From NCBI RefSeq assembly GCF_028641065.1, contig NC_073377.1, positions 64,914,001 through 64,978,000 of the forward strand: a stretch of 64,000 nucleotides of DNA, in the 5' to 3' direction. This DNA is from Leucoraja erinacea. Taxonomy: Eukaryota. This document shows positions 61,450-64,000 of the stretch, piece after piece. The notes under the pieces are model-generated. The model saw only the letters and a list, made by a program, of their open reading frames with translations. It had not been told where the DNA came from and did not search any database. How positions within the stretch are numbered: the first letter of the stretch is position 1; every line of letters begins with the position of its first letter. The position numbers were made by a program, and so were the translations under genes.

Positions 61450-61955
61450 TAGCCACTTGAGCGCCCAGGAGCGGAAAAGACTACAAAAAGTAGTAAACAC
61501 TGCCCCGTCCATCATCGGCTCGGACCTCTCTACCATCGAGGGGATCTATCGCAGTCGCTGCCTCAAAAAGGCTGGCAGCATCATCAAGGACCCACACCAT
61601 CCTGGCCACACACTCATCTCTCCACTACCTTCAGGTAGAGGGTACAGGAGCCTGAAGACTGCAATGTCCAGGTTCAGAAATAGCTACTTCCCCACAGCCA
61701 TCAGGCTATTAAACACAACCCAAACAAAACTCTGAATAGACCATTATCTGCAAATAGACCATTATCCATTTAAATGCACTTTATCTGTTTATTTATTCTT
61801 GTGTGTATATATTCATATAATGGTATATGGACACACTGATCTGTTCTGTATTCATGCCTACTATATTCTGTTGTGCTGAAGCAAAGCATGAATTTCATTG
61901 TCCTATCTGGCAAACATGACAATAAACTCTCTTGAATCTTGAATCTTGAATCTTG
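61450..61955 (+). mobile_element. Rex1/Babar LINE 3' end
   Basis: RKRLQKVVNTA..IIG..L...Y.SRCLKKA..IIKDPHHPGH...LPSGR.YRSL...RFRNSYFP.AIRLLN; tail aataaactct(cttgaat)n. Confidence 0.85.
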
Positions 61956-62435
61956 ACGGTAGGAACAGGACGATAGGACAGATGGCTGAGGAGTTGGTGC
62001 AATGGTCACAGATTCAGATTTTTGGAACATTTGTGATCTCATCTGGGAAGGAGGTGACCTGTACACGAGGGATGTGTTGCACCTGTGCTGAAGGACAGGC
62101 AGGTTTGCTAATGCTACACGGGTGGGTTTAAACTAGATTAGGAAGGGGAGGGGGCCAGATTGGATCCAATTCAGGTGAGAGGCAGGAAGTTGGTATGGAA
62201 GGAGATGAAAGGAAGTTCAGAAGACAGAGTAGGCAGGAGCACAGCAGGTATCAAGGAAGGACTGTTAAACTGCATTGTGAGAGTCCTGACGGATGCTCAG
62301 GGTGTGGATAGGTATGTGCAACTGGAACATTGTAGCCATTGTGGAAACCTGGCTAACAGAGGGACAAGATGAAGATAGTCACAAAATGCTGGAGTAACTC
62401 AGCAGGACAGGCAGTATCTCTGGATAGAAAGAATG

Positions 62436-62468
62436 GGTGACGTTTCGGGTTGTGACCCTTCGTCAGTC
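62436..62468 (-). ncRNA. Minimal type I hammerhead ribozyme motif
   Basis: Minus strand GA-CTGACGA-A-GGGT-CACA-ACCC-GAAA-CGTC-ACC. Confidence 0.6.
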
Positions 62469-63403
62469 AAGAGGGACAAGACTGGCAACTTAATGTTCCA
62501 GGATACAGATGTGAAATAACAGATAAGAAAAATGTCATGGCAGTAGTCTGAGATGACATTACTGATTGTTCGTCCAGTGAAGTTATATGGGTGGAACAGA
62601 GAAATTAAAAGGGGATAATTACCTTGTTGGAAGTGTACTATTGGCTTGTAAATAGTCAACAGGGATTAATGGAACAAATATGCCAGGATATTGCAGGATG
62701 GCATTAAAAGGGGATTTTAACTTTCCCAATATATAGGACTGTCATAATGCTAAGGCCTTAGTTGGAGTGGAATTTGTCATGGGTGTATGTGAATGATCCA
62801 TCCATGACAACACAAATAGTGAAAGATCAATCTTTATTCCATAAGTAATCAGGAACATTTAAACTGCCAGCCTTTCATATCCAGCTCGGCGTAGCTTGTG
62901 AGAGCCGGCTGACCTTGTTAGTGTAAAGATGTGTAGTATCGTAATACCATATAATGGGTGGCATGAATATGTGTGTAGTGGAGATTATAAATGGCAGGGA
63001 TTAATATGGGTTAATCTACATCATTCCTCTTAAAGAAGCAAAGCATATATAGACTGGTTAGTGGAGGATACTGTAAAACACCAGTATAGGGTGTAGGCAT
63101 TTCTTATTTTATGTGTACATGCCTGTGCATGTGTGAGCACATAAAACCAAACGGGTCATGCAGGGTTCAAGTATAGCTGGTGAATTTTCCAATCAGCGGG
63201 TTTGGCTTGCAGACACGACCTGCACGTGTACGGTGGTGCCCCTTGTGTGCCTCATGCTTCTCTGAGGGAGCAAGTCCCTTATCGGGTGAACGCAGAGGAG
63301 AAGACACCGGTGGAGATGGGGCCACCGTCTCCCACATCTCCAACTCTTTTGCCTGAATTTATTTTATTTTATTTTTTTGACAATGAACCATCGCTCTGTT
63401 ATC

Positions 63404-64000
63404 ATGGCAGGATCGTTTCGTAAACCCAATCCTTTGGTATTTGACTGTGAACATGCCGAATGTTGGCGCATCTTCGAGGTGGAATTCGGAATTTTCATAG
63501 ATGCTGCCCACCACACCGTTGCATCAATTCTCCTCAACGTAGCAGGCACAGAGGCTGCCCTGCAGGCACAGGATTTCTACTACACCCCAGATCATACCGA
63601 TGTGGTAACACAGGTTGTGACCTTCGCAGAGTCCATCAGAGACCCCACCTGCCTTCTCCGAAAGTTCCGAGACCTGTGCAACTTCGCACTAATGTTATCA
63701 TGGAGCACCACAAGTTCTTTTCCCGTAGCCAACAAGAGGGTGAGATAGTCGAATCCTGCATTGGCGCCCTGAAGAGCATCGCTGCAAGATGCCACTTCCA
63801 AGACTGCGACGTACTCATCCACAGCAGACTCATACATGTCATCCTGAATGACCAAGTAAGAAAGGAACTACTCCGGGATAAGGAGCTTATATTAGATAAG
63901 GTTGAACGTGCCTGCCTGGTTGCAGAGTACACTAACACCCATAACAAATCCCTGGGACCGGGGCCCCACTGCCTACGATGTCCATGCCTTCTATAGATCC
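63404..64000 (+). mobile_element. Ty3/Gypsy LTR retrotransposon gag relic, frameshifted
   Basis: MAGSFRKPNPLVFD...WRIFEVEF.IF in one frame, then HKFFSRSQQEGE.VES.I.ALKS.AARCHF...VRKELLR..EL.LDK in another; typical Gypsy gag capsid pattern. Confidence 0.75.

Larger units (their letters stand above)
60480..62790 (+). mobile_element. Old CR1 5' region (ORF1 and endonuclease relics) broken by younger CR1, Rex/Babar and Penelope-type inserts
   Basis: ggtgtgctgcc...ggtgccagg...gagcagccagaagtc resembles CR1 ORF1 esterase; gaaacctggct and gggattttaactttccc resemble endonuclease motifs ETWL and GDFNFP. Confidence 0.55.

Overview
Eukaryotic (vertebrate) genomic DNA, most likely a cartilaginous fish (skate, ray or shark; inferred from HE1/V-SINE-like SINEs, CR1 LINEs and a second-type Pdx gene). 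The only clear host protein-coding gene is a two-exon ParaHox Pdx/Xlox homeobox gene on the minus strand (55877-55559 joined to 51723-51329, 237 aa). About 43 kb downstream on the same strand is a CpG-rich region whose 8266-8400 block closely matches my recollection of the human PDGFRA promoter/non-coding exon 1, with a donor at 8181. This linkage and a diverged homeodomain point to Pdx2 of the Gsx2-Pdx2-PDGFRA cluster rather than Pdx1. No intact Cdx gene is visible between the two. The rest is mostly mobile DNA: CR1, L1, Rex1/Babar and Penelope-like retroelements, tRNA-derived SINEs, MITEs, a possible Helitron and a Gypsy gag relic, plus three N gaps. Most notable: about 15 minimal hammerhead-ribozyme motifs from Penelope-like terminal repeats, a possibly conserved uORF in the PDGFRA leader, a TAATTA-rich palindrome in the Pdx2 intron, and speculative plus-strand exon candidates where Cdx/FLT3 lie in the paralogous cluster. 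All homology calls are by eye and from memory; no searches were run.
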